IMG/VR virus record: IMGVR_UViG_2563367078_000003
Coordinates: 32,001-96,000 of that record
Reading direction: 5' to 3' (one strand)
DNA: 64,000 nucleotides
Origin: a virus
Taxonomy: Duplodnaviria; Caudoviricetes
This document shows, one piece after another, positions 18,259-27,665 of the stretch (position 1 is its first letter; each line of letters opens with the position of its first letter). A program made the translations under genes and the position numbers. A model generated the notes under the pieces. The model had not been told where the DNA came from. It did no database searches and worked only from the letters and a program-made list of their open reading frames with translations.

Positions 18259-18780
18259 TCAGCTTTTGGGTTCGAACGCGCAGCCGCAGATGTCGCAGGT
18301 GATGCCGCCTTCGGTGAAGCGACCTGCCGCGATCCGGACCGGCCGGGAGGGCTTGCACTTACACCAGATCGTGATGTTGTTCTTGTCCGGCCTGGGCGGC
18401 TCGATGACCGGCTCCGCGTCCGGGTCGACGTCGGCACTGGCGCGCTTCAGGTAGTCGATGTACATCCTGCCCGCGTGACGCCACGCATACTCCACGTCTT
18501 TCACGATCTTGTCGACGCCGTCGATCTTGGCGAGGTCGGTTCTCAGCGCCTGGGCGTGCTTGTTCGGCAGGTCCGGAAAGTCGAATCTACGGTCGTAAAT
18601 GCGATGCATCCGGTACACCAGCTCGCGATACAGCGGCTCCGGCAGTGTGTACGTCCACGCGAAGCCCCGGCCGGTGGATCTGCCGACAGGCGCTGGGAAC
18701 CGCACACCCGTGGTCTCCTTACGGTGCGCGATCTCCAGCGCCTCTTTGGATTTCCCGCTGATCACCAGCTCGGGCATCAA
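18259..18780 (-). CDS. hypothetical protein with C-terminal zinc ribbon
   Basis: CKC...ITCDICG. Confidence 0.7.
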   Translation of the reverse strand: MMPELVISGKSKEALEIAHRKETTGVRFPAPVGRSTGRGFAWTYTLPEPLYRELVYRMHRIYDRRFDFPDLPNKHAQALRTDLAKIDGVDKIVKDVEYAWRHAGRMYIDYLKRASADVDPDAEPVIEPPRPDKNNITIWCKCKPSRPVRIAAGRFTEGGITCDICGCAFEPKS

Positions 18781-18971
18781 TCCTCCGGCTCCTCGAAGTC
18801 CGACTCCTCGAGATCTCGCACGCCGTCGCGCCTGCTCTGAGCGTCATCGATCACGCCGTCGTAGTGACCCATGACTTGGGCCTTGGCCTCGTCGAGTGTC
18901 AGCGGCTCGCCGTCGTGCTTGCCCCACCACGGCACGATCTCCGGCCCGGACCAATCGATGTAGAACTTCAC
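18777..18971 (-). CDS. hypothetical protein
   Basis: coupled ORF. Confidence 0.6.
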   Translation of the reverse strand: MKFYIDWSGPEIVPWWGKHDGEPLTLDEAKAQVMGHYDGVIDDAQSRRDGVRDLEESDFEEPED

Positions 18972-19152
18972 TTTTCCTCCTTGTCGACCGCTGCCATGAT
19001 CTCTTCCGCCAGCGAGTCCAATGCGGGTATGACGTCCCGGCGCTCCAGTCCATGCGTGGAATAGATTTCGAACAGCCGGGCGGCCTGGGTCAGAACAACG
19101 GCATCGCGGCGGGCGGCATCGCGGGCTTTTTTGCTGCGCAGACTGACCTTGA

Positions 19153-19377
19153 TCACTTCGCGTCCTCGGCGTGGACCGGGCAGAAATCCTGACGGTCGGT
19201 GGGGAAGATTCCGACCTCGGCCTGCGACGGCGACGGGGGCCGCGTTCGGCTTGTCCACTCCTTCATCGCCTTGCTTCTGCGCATCTGACTCGGACTCTGG
19301 TTGACCTCGCCCATGATGTAGTTGGCGCACGGCGGCCGATGATCGCAGTGGATGAAGTAGTGCTTCGTCTCGCTCAT
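19153..19377 (-). CDS. small Cys/His protein
   Basis: CD...C...DFCPVH. Confidence 0.6.
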   Translation of the reverse strand: MSETKHYFIHCDHRPPCANYIMGEVNQSPSQMRRSKAMKEWTSRTRPPSPSQAEVGIFPTDRQDFCPVHAEDAK

Positions 19378-19384
19378 GCTGTTC

Positions 19385-19424
19385 AGGTTAGGGCATTGAC
19401 TCTTAAGAAGCAATGCCCTAACCT
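19385..19424. promoter_or_regulatory. 14-bp perfect inverted repeat between divergent genes
   Basis: AGGTTAGGGCATTG-N12-CAATGCCCTAACCT. Confidence 0.65.
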
Positions 19425-19431
19425 CGGTATC

Positions 19432-19923
19432 ATGACCGACACACCCCGCAAGCTCAGCGAGACAATGCGGACCACTCTCGAAGCGCTGCACGGCTGGGAG
19501 AATATCCTGGGACGCGGCACATCGGCCGGGGAAATCGACGCTGCTGGCGGTTCGCGGAGTTGCCTTCGGCGCGCGATCGAAAACGGGTGGGCGATCAGCT
19601 ACGGTAGCAACGAACTCAGGGATGCTCCCGTTTATCGCCGCACCAAAGCCGGGACCGAGCGCCTGCGGCAAGACGGCTGGGAAGAGGTTGATCCGGAGCC
19701 TACCGTGTATGTACGGATTCGCGTCGACGGCGAGTATGTTCGCGAAACGTTGCAGCTCGCGGAGGCATGCACGTCGGTGGAATTCTGCGTCAGGTCGGAC
19801 CAGCACGAGGTGACCGTCGACGGCCGGAATGTGCACGTCCTCGACAAACAAAACGGCGCTGATTGTGACTACGAATTCCCGACCGAGGTGTACGTGCCCG
19901 AAATCGCGAAGGCAGTCGAATGA
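19432..19923 (+). CDS. hypothetical protein (winged-helix-like N-terminus)
   Basis: first gene of the rightward unit; YRRTKAG.ERL. Confidence 0.6.
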   Translation: MTDTPRKLSETMRTTLEALHGWENILGRGTSAGEIDAAGGSRSCLRRAIENGWAISYGSNELRDAPVYRRTKAGTERLRQDGWEEVDPEPTVYVRIRVDGEYVRETLQLAEACTSVEFCVRSDQHEVTVDGRNVHVLDKQNGADCDYEFPTEVYVPEIAKAVE

Positions 19924-20705
19924 GGAACGTTGTTCATAAACGCAGCACGGTAGTGCATCTCCCCGTCGAGTCGAACGTCCATTATCCGTGGTGTAAGCGG
20001 GAGGCGTTGAAGACAGGGGTGAACCTCGGGCAGAGGCTGGCGCAATACGAGTGGACGAACAGCATGTGGATCCACTGCCCGATCTGCCGCAAAGAGAGCA
20101 ACAAATAAATACATGCGCAGTATTGCATATCAAAGGAAACAGCGATGAACGCCGGGGAACTCAACGCCACGCACATCGGCCGGACCATTTCTTTCGGAGA
20201 GGTCTCCGAAGAACTGAGACAGATATATCATGAGGGCGACTACCCGCACGGGCTGACTTATGTGTGCGTCGGAGAGGCCGTCCGCGAGTTTCAGCTGTAC
20301 CAAAACGATCCGATCAGAATGGAAGACGCGGTATGACGAACGTCGCCGACATGGCCGAATTCCATTACATCCTCACCTGGCAGTCCCCGGACGGCCGCTT
20401 CAACACAAAGGTGGGTACCGCGACCGCGACCGGCAGTACACGCGAGGAGATATTTCAATATATCGTAGACAGTGTCGGTATCGCACAAGGGGATCGGATT
20501 GCCATTATGTTCTTCAGTCTCGAGCCGAACGACCTTGGCGCGATAATGCACACAAAGGAGTAGTAATGGCGAATTCGGAAGCACGCTACGACGCGGACGG
20601 CAACCGGCTGGTGTGGTCGATCATGGACAATGCGTGGATAAAGCTCACGGACTGGAACGAGATAGAACGTGAACGGCTCGCGCTACGAGAAAAGGATGGC
20701 AAGCG

Positions 20706-21104
20706 ATGAGGCGGCAAAAACTTTTTCCGGTGACGCTGTCGTGCAAGCATGAGATCCTGCTTATGGATGCACCTCGGCTCGGCGCAGTCGTTGCATGTTA
20801 CGAGTGCAGTCGCGGAAGCAAGGTGGTGTTCGTCCGCAAATACACCGGCGATTGCCGCGACTGCACGTACCGCAACCACGAAGGCGACCTTACTCTAGCC
20901 AGCGGCAGGGCGCGGCAACACTGCGAGAAGCGCGGTCATCGTGTGCGGATGTGGTACCCGACGTTGGACGTACCGATCACTCTCATACCCGATCGAGAAT
21001 TTGCGGCATTTCGCAACATTGACACCCGGTGGCGGGCGAGTTCGTGCTCAACGCCTCCAACTGAGCAACTGGGCGAACAGGACGAAAGCACCTCTAACCC
21101 CTGA
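20706..21104 (+). CDS. Cys-rich zinc-binding protein
   Basis: LSCKH, CYEC, CRDC, H....GH. Confidence 0.65.
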   Translation: MRRQKLFPVTLSCKHEILLMDAPRLGAVVACYECSRGSKVVFVRKYTGDCRDCTYRNHEGDLTLASGRARQHCEKRGHRVRMWYPTLDVPITLIPDREFAAFRNIDTRWRASSCSTPPTEQLGEQDESTSNP

Positions 21105-21399
21105 TCGGGTTGCCTTGGGCGCGGATGGCGGCGTCTTGTACGCCTGGGACGGCGCTGCCTGCATATCGCGGATGTATTTGCCCCACATGATCTTTCTCCC
21201 CTCAGTGGAGGTTTCAACCTCCGGAACCCTGGGTACGCTAAAGCTCCTCTTCAGGCAGCGTCAAGGGGTCTTTAGTCCCTACATGGAGAGATAACGCTTC
21301 GATGAAGATCCAGACAACCGTCAGCAACGGACGTAACGTCACGACACATCAGGCCGCTACGTCCGTAGACATCAGTACCGAGTCGAGAGATAGCGAACC

Positions 21400-21876
21400 G
21401 TGAAGCACATCATCGCCGCAGCCGCAGTCGCCGCAATCCCCCTGGTTCTCGCCGGTTGTGGCAGCAGCGGCTCCTCCCAGACCGTCACCATCAAACCGGC
21501 CGACGCCACCGCCGCACCGCTCAGCGACATCGCCGTCAGCCCTATCGGCGGCACGCTTACCGTCACTGTTCCGCAGGGCGCGGCCGAGTACACCGTCTCC
21601 AATCCCCGCGTCGTCGACGGCAAGACCCGGATCGACGTCACGGTGACGGATCGGCAAGGAGGACTGTCCCCCGGCGAGTTCGACGGCATGGACGGATCCG
21701 GCACCAAGGTCCAGCAATCCGACGACTACGGCTCCGGCGCGCTCGACGAATCCGGGTTCATGGTGCCACGCGAGGTGCGCAAAGGGTGGGTGGACATCCC
21801 GCTCACCGGAATCAAATCGCTATATCTGACGAACAACGAAGTCGCAAAGGTTGCAGCGCAATGGAATATCCCGTAG
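21400..21876 (+). CDS. lipoprotein
   Basis: signal peptide with lipobox LAGC. Confidence 0.8.
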   Translation: MKHIIAAAAVAAIPLVLAGCGSSGSSQTVTIKPADATAAPLSDIAVSPIGGTLTVTVPQGAAEYTVSNPRVVDGKTRIDVTVTDRQGGLSPGEFDGMDGSGTKVQQSDDYGSGALDESGFMVPREVRKGWVDIPLTGIKSLYLTNNEVAKVAAQWNIP

Positions 21877-22667
21877 CCAAGAGGACGACCGCACTACACC
21901 GCGACCGCACCCCCGGCATTCTCCTGGACATCGTCTGGACCGCGTACGACAAAGTCAGGGCCGTGGATCCCAAGACCGGCGCGGTGGTCGCTATCGCGGG
22001 GGTCGTGAAGGAAGAGGGCTGGGGCGAGGATCGCGTCGTGACGTGGGGGTTGATGCTTCCGGACTACCGCAGAACCTACACCGAAGTCGATGGTGAGGAC
22101 TTGATTCAATCCCTGCGCAAACTGGTGGGAACCTACGAGCGGGCGGCAGCCTAACTGAATGAAGAGTTAGCGATAGGAAATAGCAATGGCTAGCGTTACT
22201 GTAGGAATGAATGAAAAATGGGTTGCTGACCTGGCGAAGGCTGCTTGGGAGTGCGGCGCTGATTTCGATGGAATAGCCGACCCGATGTTCAGCTGGGATA
22301 GGCTGCCCGGCGACGTCAAGCTCGGGATGGTTACAGAAGTTTGCGCGGTATTGAAAGAGCTGGCGCGGCAGGGGCGTCTTCGAGAGCCGGTGGAAGCGTG
22401 AGTAGCCCCGACTTTCCGGGCGTCGCGTGGACGTTGCAAGACCGAATGGACGAGGGCGACTTCGAATTGTTCGCCGTCGAGTATCAAGGACAGACCCACA
22501 TCTTCGACGACCCTGGTGCCAGGAAGTTATGGATCGACGAAGAGATCGAGAAGGGCGCAAAGCGAGAGGACTTCGAATCGTGGGAGGAGTAGTCGGCCTC
22601 CTGTAGCAAATCCATCTAAGTTTCGAAGACTTAGACCAAAAAGTGAACACCGAGTTAGGAGTTAGCA

Positions 22668-23306
22668 GTGAGCAAGGTATTTCCCGAGCGGTACCCGGAC
22701 GAGGTCAGGCAGAAGGCCGTGGACCTGATGAAGAAGTCCGCCAAGGAGGGCATGACTATCACCGAAGCGTCGCAAACTGTGTCGGGAAAGTTCCCGGACG
22801 GCCCGGATTCGACAACGATACTCGGATGGGCGAAAAAGGCTGGCATCGGATTCGTGAGCGGGCAGCGCCGTTACTCCGAAGAGGATCGGGCGAAGTTCGT
22901 TGCCCGCGTGGATGAACTCCTCGCAGAAGGGGTGTCGGTCCGTTCGGCGTGTCGGCAAGCGGCGGAGTCCTCTGACGGCCCATCCACCGAATCGATCCAC
23001 AATTGGTACAAGGAAGCGAAGGCTGTCGAGGCCGAGGACATCCCGGAGCCGCCGAAGAAGGTCGTCGACAAGCAGCCGAAGCGGCGGGATGATGGTCTCG
23101 AGCAGCGGGTCGCTGACCTTGAAATCAAGAACCTGGAGTCCATTCAGCGGATCGCCGACCTCGAAGCGGAGAACGCGGCAACTCTCCGAAAGTACGACGA
23201 CGCGACGCACCAGATCGCCGACCTCGAAGCGAAGCACAAGCGCCTGAAAGAAAAGTACGACCTGCTCAAACCGATCGCCGCTCACATGTTCCTCGAAGAG
23301 AACTAG
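22668..23306 (+). CDS. protein with two IS3-OrfA-like HTH domains plus coiled coil
   Basis: RYPDEVRQKAV...TILGW and RYSEEDRAKFV...SIHNW; heptad repeats IADLE. Confidence 0.65.
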   Translation: MSKVFPERYPDEVRQKAVDLMKKSAKEGMTITEASQTVSGKFPDGPDSTTILGWAKKAGIGFVSGQRRYSEEDRAKFVARVDELLAEGVSVRSACRQAAESSDGPSTESIHNWYKEAKAVEAEDIPEPPKKVVDKQPKRRDDGLEQRVADLEIKNLESIQRIADLEAENAATLRKYDDATHQIADLEAKHKRLKEKYDLLKPIAAHMFLEEN

Positions 23307-23335
23307 CTCGTCCACCACTACCGAAAGGATTGCCG

Positions 23336-23836
23336 ATGGCTACGCAGTTCGAGATCGATCAGAAGAACGACAAGTGGCGGGCGTGGCTAGCGGACATGGA
23401 TGCTGAGATCGACGTGCTGCTGCGGGAGGTGCCCGGCATGCCGGAGAATCCGTGGTCGCTGGAGGGGTTGCGGCACGTCGAACAATTCATCCTCAGGCGG
23501 TTCCCGTCGCTGGACGACGTCAGTAAGAACCCCGAGAACTGGCCGCTGGCGGATCGGCTGGCGCGGTTCATCGGCGAGGTATTCCACAGGCTGTTCGAAG
23601 GCAAGTGGGAAAACCATCCCGAGGAGTACACCACGATCGAGCGGTATCCAGATTTCGGACCGGCGATAACCAACGAGTGGACCGACGTGCCGCTAGATGT
23701 AGGAAATGACATCACGATAATCATTCACCGGCAACGCGGCGAGCATTTGTCGCTGATTTATCGCCATCGGGTTGAGGATTACGCTAAATGGGTGGAATCG
23801 GGTCGGCCACCTCGCATCGAATACCTGCTCACATAA
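23336..23836 (+). CDS. putative immunity protein
   Basis: W..WL.DM...SLEGL..VE..IL....LARFIGEVF....GKW; lies directly upstream of a nuclease gene. Confidence 0.5.
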   Translation: MATQFEIDQKNDKWRAWLADMDAEIDVLLREVPGMPENPWSLEGLRHVEQFILRRFPSLDDVSKNPENWPLADRLARFIGEVFHRLFEGKWENHPEEYTTIERYPDFGPAITNEWTDVPLDVGNDITIIIHRQRGEHLSLIYRHRVEDYAKWVESGRPPRIEYLLT

Positions 23837-23863
23837 CAGAAAAATTCAGCCCCGGGGAAGACG

Positions 23864-25036
23864 ATGGAATGGAACAACGAACTCGAAGCGCAGTATCAAC
23901 GCTACGCTGACGGTAAGTGGCGCAAAGATGGTCATGCTCGCGCGATGTGGAGGCGGCGTGCGGATTGGCTCGAAGCGCGCCAAAGGTGGCAGAAATCCAA
24001 AGATGTCGGAGATCGGTTCCGCGATGGAATGTTGGCGATTCGCGGTCACACACCTGAACGGGGATACCGGAAAGAGCAGCACCTCCGGACCAACGAAGGT
24101 TCTCGATTTCACGACGTTAGACATGCCGAGACCGGTGACGCTTTCGAGTACAAGTCGGGTGCTCTCGATTCTCGAAAATCCATGCCGCAGCTGCAAAAAG
24201 ATGAACGGCACCTGGCGGCCGATAGGTCGGTCGAGTGGGTCATCGTCGAAGGCGCTCGGATCGACAAAGATGTCAAGGCGAAAATCAAAGAGCTGAAAGA
24301 GCGTTACCCGGAGAATTTCCGCGTCGTGCAGGTCACGAAGGAACAGCTCCGAATGGCGCTCACCGTTGCAAAGCATCTGGAAAAGGCGAAGGAAAAGGCG
24401 GCACGGGCAGCACAGAAGGAGGCGCGGGAAGCCGCCGAGCGGGAACGCAAACGCCTTGCACCGAAGCGATTGGTCGAGAAGACGAAAGATCTGACGCGTG
24501 TAGTGGAGGTCAATCGCCAGGCAATCAAGCAGGCCGAGAAGGACGGAAAGGTCTTTCCGGCTCGCGAGCTGACCGAGTCGCACAAGGATGTTCGCCGGTC
24601 GCTGCGCAAGGTCAACAAAGAGGGGCGGAGGCAGGCGCACGAGCTTGTTGCCGGACTGGGGTTGAGCGAGAAGCAATCGCGGGAGATGGAGGCGTATCTC
24701 GCCGAACGCCGCGCCGCGAAGCTGGAGCCGACCGCCCAGGGTGTTCGGGAGATCGGCGCGGCAGCTCGCGCCCGTGAGGCGGAGGAACGAGAGATCGCGG
24801 CGGCGCAGAAGGAGGCTCGAGAGAAGGAGGCTCGGGATCGTCAATGGCGGGAGGAGCAGGCACGGGCGAAAGAGGCGCGAGAGCGGGCAGGGATCAATAT
24901 CCCGGGGATGGAAGCCGTCCTGGGGGGTGGGAGCGTGGCACCATCGCAGGAACTAGCCCGAGGGTCGACCGAATTGCGCCCTCAGAGCCGGAGTCCGGAA
25001 CGGGACAGTCGCGGCCTGAGCAGAGAACGGGACTGA
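23864..25036 (+). CDS. restriction-endonuclease-fold toxin-like protein with coiled coil and basic tail
   Basis: RFHD...AFEYKSG...QLQKD (PD-(D/E)XK); ends RSPERDSRGLSRERD. Confidence 0.6.
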   Translation: MEWNNELEAQYQRYADGKWRKDGHARAMWRRRADWLEARQRWQKSKDVGDRFRDGMLAIRGHTPERGYRKEQHLRTNEGSRFHDVRHAETGDAFEYKSGALDSRKSMPQLQKDERHLAADRSVEWVIVEGARIDKDVKAKIKELKERYPENFRVVQVTKEQLRMALTVAKHLEKAKEKAARAAQKEAREAAERERKRLAPKRLVEKTKDLTRVVEVNRQAIKQAEKDGKVFPARELTESHKDVRRSLRKVNKEGRRQAHELVAGLGLSEKQSREMEAYLAERRAAKLEPTAQGVREIGAAARAREAEEREIAAAQKEAREKEARDRQWREEQARAKEARERAGINIPGMEAVLGGGSVAPSQELARGSTELRPQSRSPERDSRGLSRERD

Positions 25037-25044
25037 AACGCAAA

Positions 25045-25085
25045 AAGACCCCCAGCTCCAGTTGGTAACTGAAACCGGGGGTCTT
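25045..25085. terminator. terminator hairpin between convergent units
   Basis: AAGACCCCC/GGGGGTCTT. Confidence 0.6.
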
Positions 25086-25176
25086 GCAGGGAAGGGCCCG
25101 TAGCAGCGGACCGGCTTCTTTCTGCGGTTTGCTTCGACCATCGCCAAGCTATCAAAGATGTTGCGGCGCGGTCAAA

Positions 25177-25569
25177 TCAGCCGATTGACGCTTCGACGCT
25201 GTAGGTGAAGCTGGGCGTGGTGCCGCCGATGACGCTGCGGGTGCGGATGAACTCCGGGGTGACGAACGCGGCGCGGCTGGTGCCGGTGGTCGTGATGTTC
25301 GTCGGAGCGGTTGCCGTGGTGCCGACCGAGTAGCCGCCGGAGCCGATCACCCCGAGCTGGAACCAGTTGGTCTCGTCGTCCGAGCCTTCGACAACGATGG
25401 TCATGGTCGGGGTAGTGCCGGACGCGGCGGTGACCTTAACGACGATGCTCGTCATGCCGGGGCCGCCCGGGTGGGCAACGTTGTGGGTCGTGGAAGCGGT
25501 CTCGGCCGCCGACGCCTTGAATTCGAAGTGGTCGCCGCGCTGGACGCCGGTAGAGCCTGCAAAGGCCAT
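25177..25569 (-). CDS. small beta-sandwich virion-type protein
   Basis: Thr-rich, VTAASGTTP...VEGSDD..NW; resembles 41928-42323. Confidence 0.6.
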   Translation of the reverse strand: MAFAGSTGVQRGDHFEFKASAAETASTTHNVAHPGGPGMTSIVVKVTAASGTTPTMTIVVEGSDDETNWFQLGVIGSGGYSVGTTATAPTNITTTGTSRAAFVTPEFIRTRSVIGGTTPSFTYSVEASIG

Positions 25570-25571
25570 GA

Positions 25572-26099
25572 TTACCTCTTGTGGTTGAGAATGTGTTGGT
25601 GTGTGGCGTCCAGGCGCGAGCGCGCTTCAGCGGCCACGTACGGGTTCCGGACGACGGTGAGTGAGTTGTCCTGGGTCGTCTCGCCGGATGTGCTCCAGTT
25701 GGTCGAGCCGCCGATCACGTCCAGGCCGTCGACGACCACCATCTTGAGATGGACGATGTTGCCTCGCTCGCTTTTGCCGATCGCAATTGAGCTGGCGGGG
25801 AACACATCTCGCGCCAGGATGGTTTGTTCGTGCTTCCCGGCGGCTTGGCGGGAGTCGAGAGTCAGCTGAACGAACACGTGCTCGTCGTTGATCTTCTCGA
25901 GCAGCAGGTCCGCCAGCTCGTCGTCGTCGAACCCGAACATGCTGACCACCAGCGAATGACTCGCGGATTTGATCATCGATACCAGGACGCCGTGGATGTT
26001 GTCGACGGGCGCGTAGAAGGTCCGCTGGTCGGCGGGATAGCCTGCCGGGATCGGAGTCCGTTTGAAGCTGTCCAGCGCCGACAAGTCAGTCAGTGCCAT
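25572..26099 (-). CDS. phospholipase D/Nuc-family protein (single HKD motif)
   Basis: HLKMVVVDG....GGSTNWS. Confidence 0.85.
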   Translation of the reverse strand: MALTDLSALDSFKRTPIPAGYPADQRTFYAPVDNIHGVLVSMIKSASHSLVVSMFGFDDDELADLLLEKINDEHVFVQLTLDSRQAAGKHEQTILARDVFPASSIAIGKSERGNIVHLKMVVVDGLDVIGGSTNWSTSGETTQDNSLTVVRNPYVAAEARSRLDATHQHILNHKR

Positions 26100-26346
26100 T
26101 GGTTTTCTTTCGGTCAGGGGTGAAATCCGTTCCGTGCCAGCGGTATAGCGCGCGGATGTAGATGCAGGTGAGGGCCACCGACAAGGCGATCGTTCCGGGC
26201 TGGCCGGTGACAATCCCGTCGATGACCCACACCGATTGCGCGGCGATGCCGAACAGCCATCCTTTACGCGGGTTGTGCGACGATATCCAGCATTGAATGA
26301 TGCTGACCGCAGCGGTGATCCACGACCAGGCGGCCAATGCGGTCAT
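26086..26346 (-). CDS. small multi-pass membrane protein
   Basis: three hydrophobic segments, GWLFG...W. Confidence 0.6.
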   Translation of the reverse strand: MTALAAWSWITAAVSIIQCWISSHNPRKGWLFGIAAQSVWVIDGIVTGQPGTIALSVALTCIYIRALYRWHGTDFTPDRKKTNGTD

Positions 26347-26642
26347 CCGATGAACAGTTCCGGCGGCGCGGGGAAATTCGGATCGACTTCGAGTGCGGCT
26401 TTGTGCGCCTTCAAATCCCACGACTGGTGGGGATACAGCGCCTTTTTGAATTCTCGGACGTCACTTTCGAGCTGGTCGCACCGCGCGGTCACACTCGATA
26501 CCTGTGCCAGCGCATTTCGAGCCAGCTCGCTTGCCGTGTCGGCTTTGGTCTTTTTCCGATTAGCCCACGCCATGACGAGTGCTTGCAGCAAAGACCCTCC
26601 GGCGACAAGCGACAGAATAAGGTTTTCCAGGCCGACGCTCAT
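26343..26642 (-). CDS. membrane protein with coiled coil (lysis cassette)
   Basis: N-terminal transmembrane helix followed by a coiled coil. Confidence 0.7.
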   Translation of the reverse strand: MSVGLENLILSLVAGGSLLQALVMAWANRKKTKADTASELARNALAQVSSVTARCDQLESDVREFKKALYPHQSWDLKAHKAALEVDPNFPAPPELFIG

Positions 26643-26644
26643 GA

Positions 26645-26872
26645 TTACTTCCTCGCGGTCAGCTTCGCGACAGGGGTAACCTGCGAACGAATCAGCTCGG
26701 TAGCCGGGACACCCAGCACGATAGCGATCAGAGCGTCGATAGCGGCGGTGTCGGAGATTCCGAACTTCGCGAATACCACCGCGACAATACCGACGATAAT
26801 GGTGTACAGCACCGAACGAACCGGGTTCATCGCCCAGAGGTTCTTCAGGTAGCTGCCTATTGCTTTGAGCAT
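26645..26872 (-). CDS. holin
   Basis: 75 aa, two transmembrane helices, ends IRSQVTPV; downstream of the lysin. Confidence 0.75.
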   Translation of the reverse strand: MLKAIGSYLKNLWAMNPVRSVLYTIIVGIVAVVFAKFGISDTAAIDALIAIVLGVPATELIRSQVTPVAKLTARK

Positions 26873-26894
26873 TGCTGCCCTTTCTATTCAGTTG

Positions 26895-27650
26895 TTACAG
26901 CGCGGCGAGGTCACGCAGGAGGGCGGCCTTGTCGAAGTGCTCGGGGCTCTCGCCGTTGTGCAGGTATTCGTCACTGACGTAAGCGATTGCACGCATCGAC
27001 TGCTGCACGTAGAACGCCCAGGTCATCTTCTGCAGCTTGCCCCACGTCACGACCACGAAATAACCGTTGCGCCGAGCGACGACCGGGACGTAATGGCCGC
27101 CCATGACATCGCCGCCGAGGCGGAAACTCCACGGCTTGCCTGCGGCGAACTGCTCCTGCGCGATGTCCGTCACAGTGATGCCGATGCCAACCGCACCGAA
27201 AAGGTAAGTGGCAGCGGCCAATTCGTTGAGGTTGCCGGGCTCCAGCTCGAGATACGCCGCGATCTTGTGACGGTTACCGGCCGCGTCGATCATGCCGGTG
27301 TTCTTCCGATACTCCGCCGCCGTCGCCATGTCGGTGCCCTGGTCGGAGGTCGGGTCCGCCGGGTTGAAGCCGGTGATCGCCGAGTAGTCCGCCAGCGCGG
27401 TTTCGGTAGTGAATTCCGGAATCGGGTTGCCCGCCGCTGCATTCCAGAGCATCGCTTCGTGGTCGCTACCCGCGATGACGCAGTCGCCGACCTCGTCGTT
27501 GCCCAGCATGCCCCAGTCGGCGATCAGCTGTTCGTGGCCGAAGCTGCCGGGGATCTTGGGGAGTGCGGAGGTCTTCAGATAGCTCCCCAGCTTCAGCGGA
27601 AACGCCTCGTCGGGGGAATCATTGAGACCGAGCTTGTATTCAGTTGTCAC
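26895..27650 (-). CDS. papain-like cysteine peptidase-fold protein
   Basis: WGMLGND..GDCVIAG, GGHYV, VVTWG. Confidence 0.65.
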   Translation of the reverse strand: MTTEYKLGLNDSPDEAFPLKLGSYLKTSALPKIPGSFGHEQLIADWGMLGNDEVGDCVIAGSDHEAMLWNAAAGNPIPEFTTETALADYSAITGFNPADPTSDQGTDMATAAEYRKNTGMIDAAGNRHKIAAYLELEPGNLNELAAATYLFGAVGIGITVTDIAQEQFAAGKPWSFRLGGDVMGGHYVPVVARRNGYFVVVTWGKLQKMTWAFYVQQSMRAIAYVSDEYLHNGESPEHFDKAALLRDLAAL

Positions 27651-27665
27651 GTAAGGTCTTTCGAG

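Noticed and set aside
22668-23306. IS3 insertion sequence
   Set aside because: No OrfB/DDE domain, frameshift partner or terminal inverted repeats seen.
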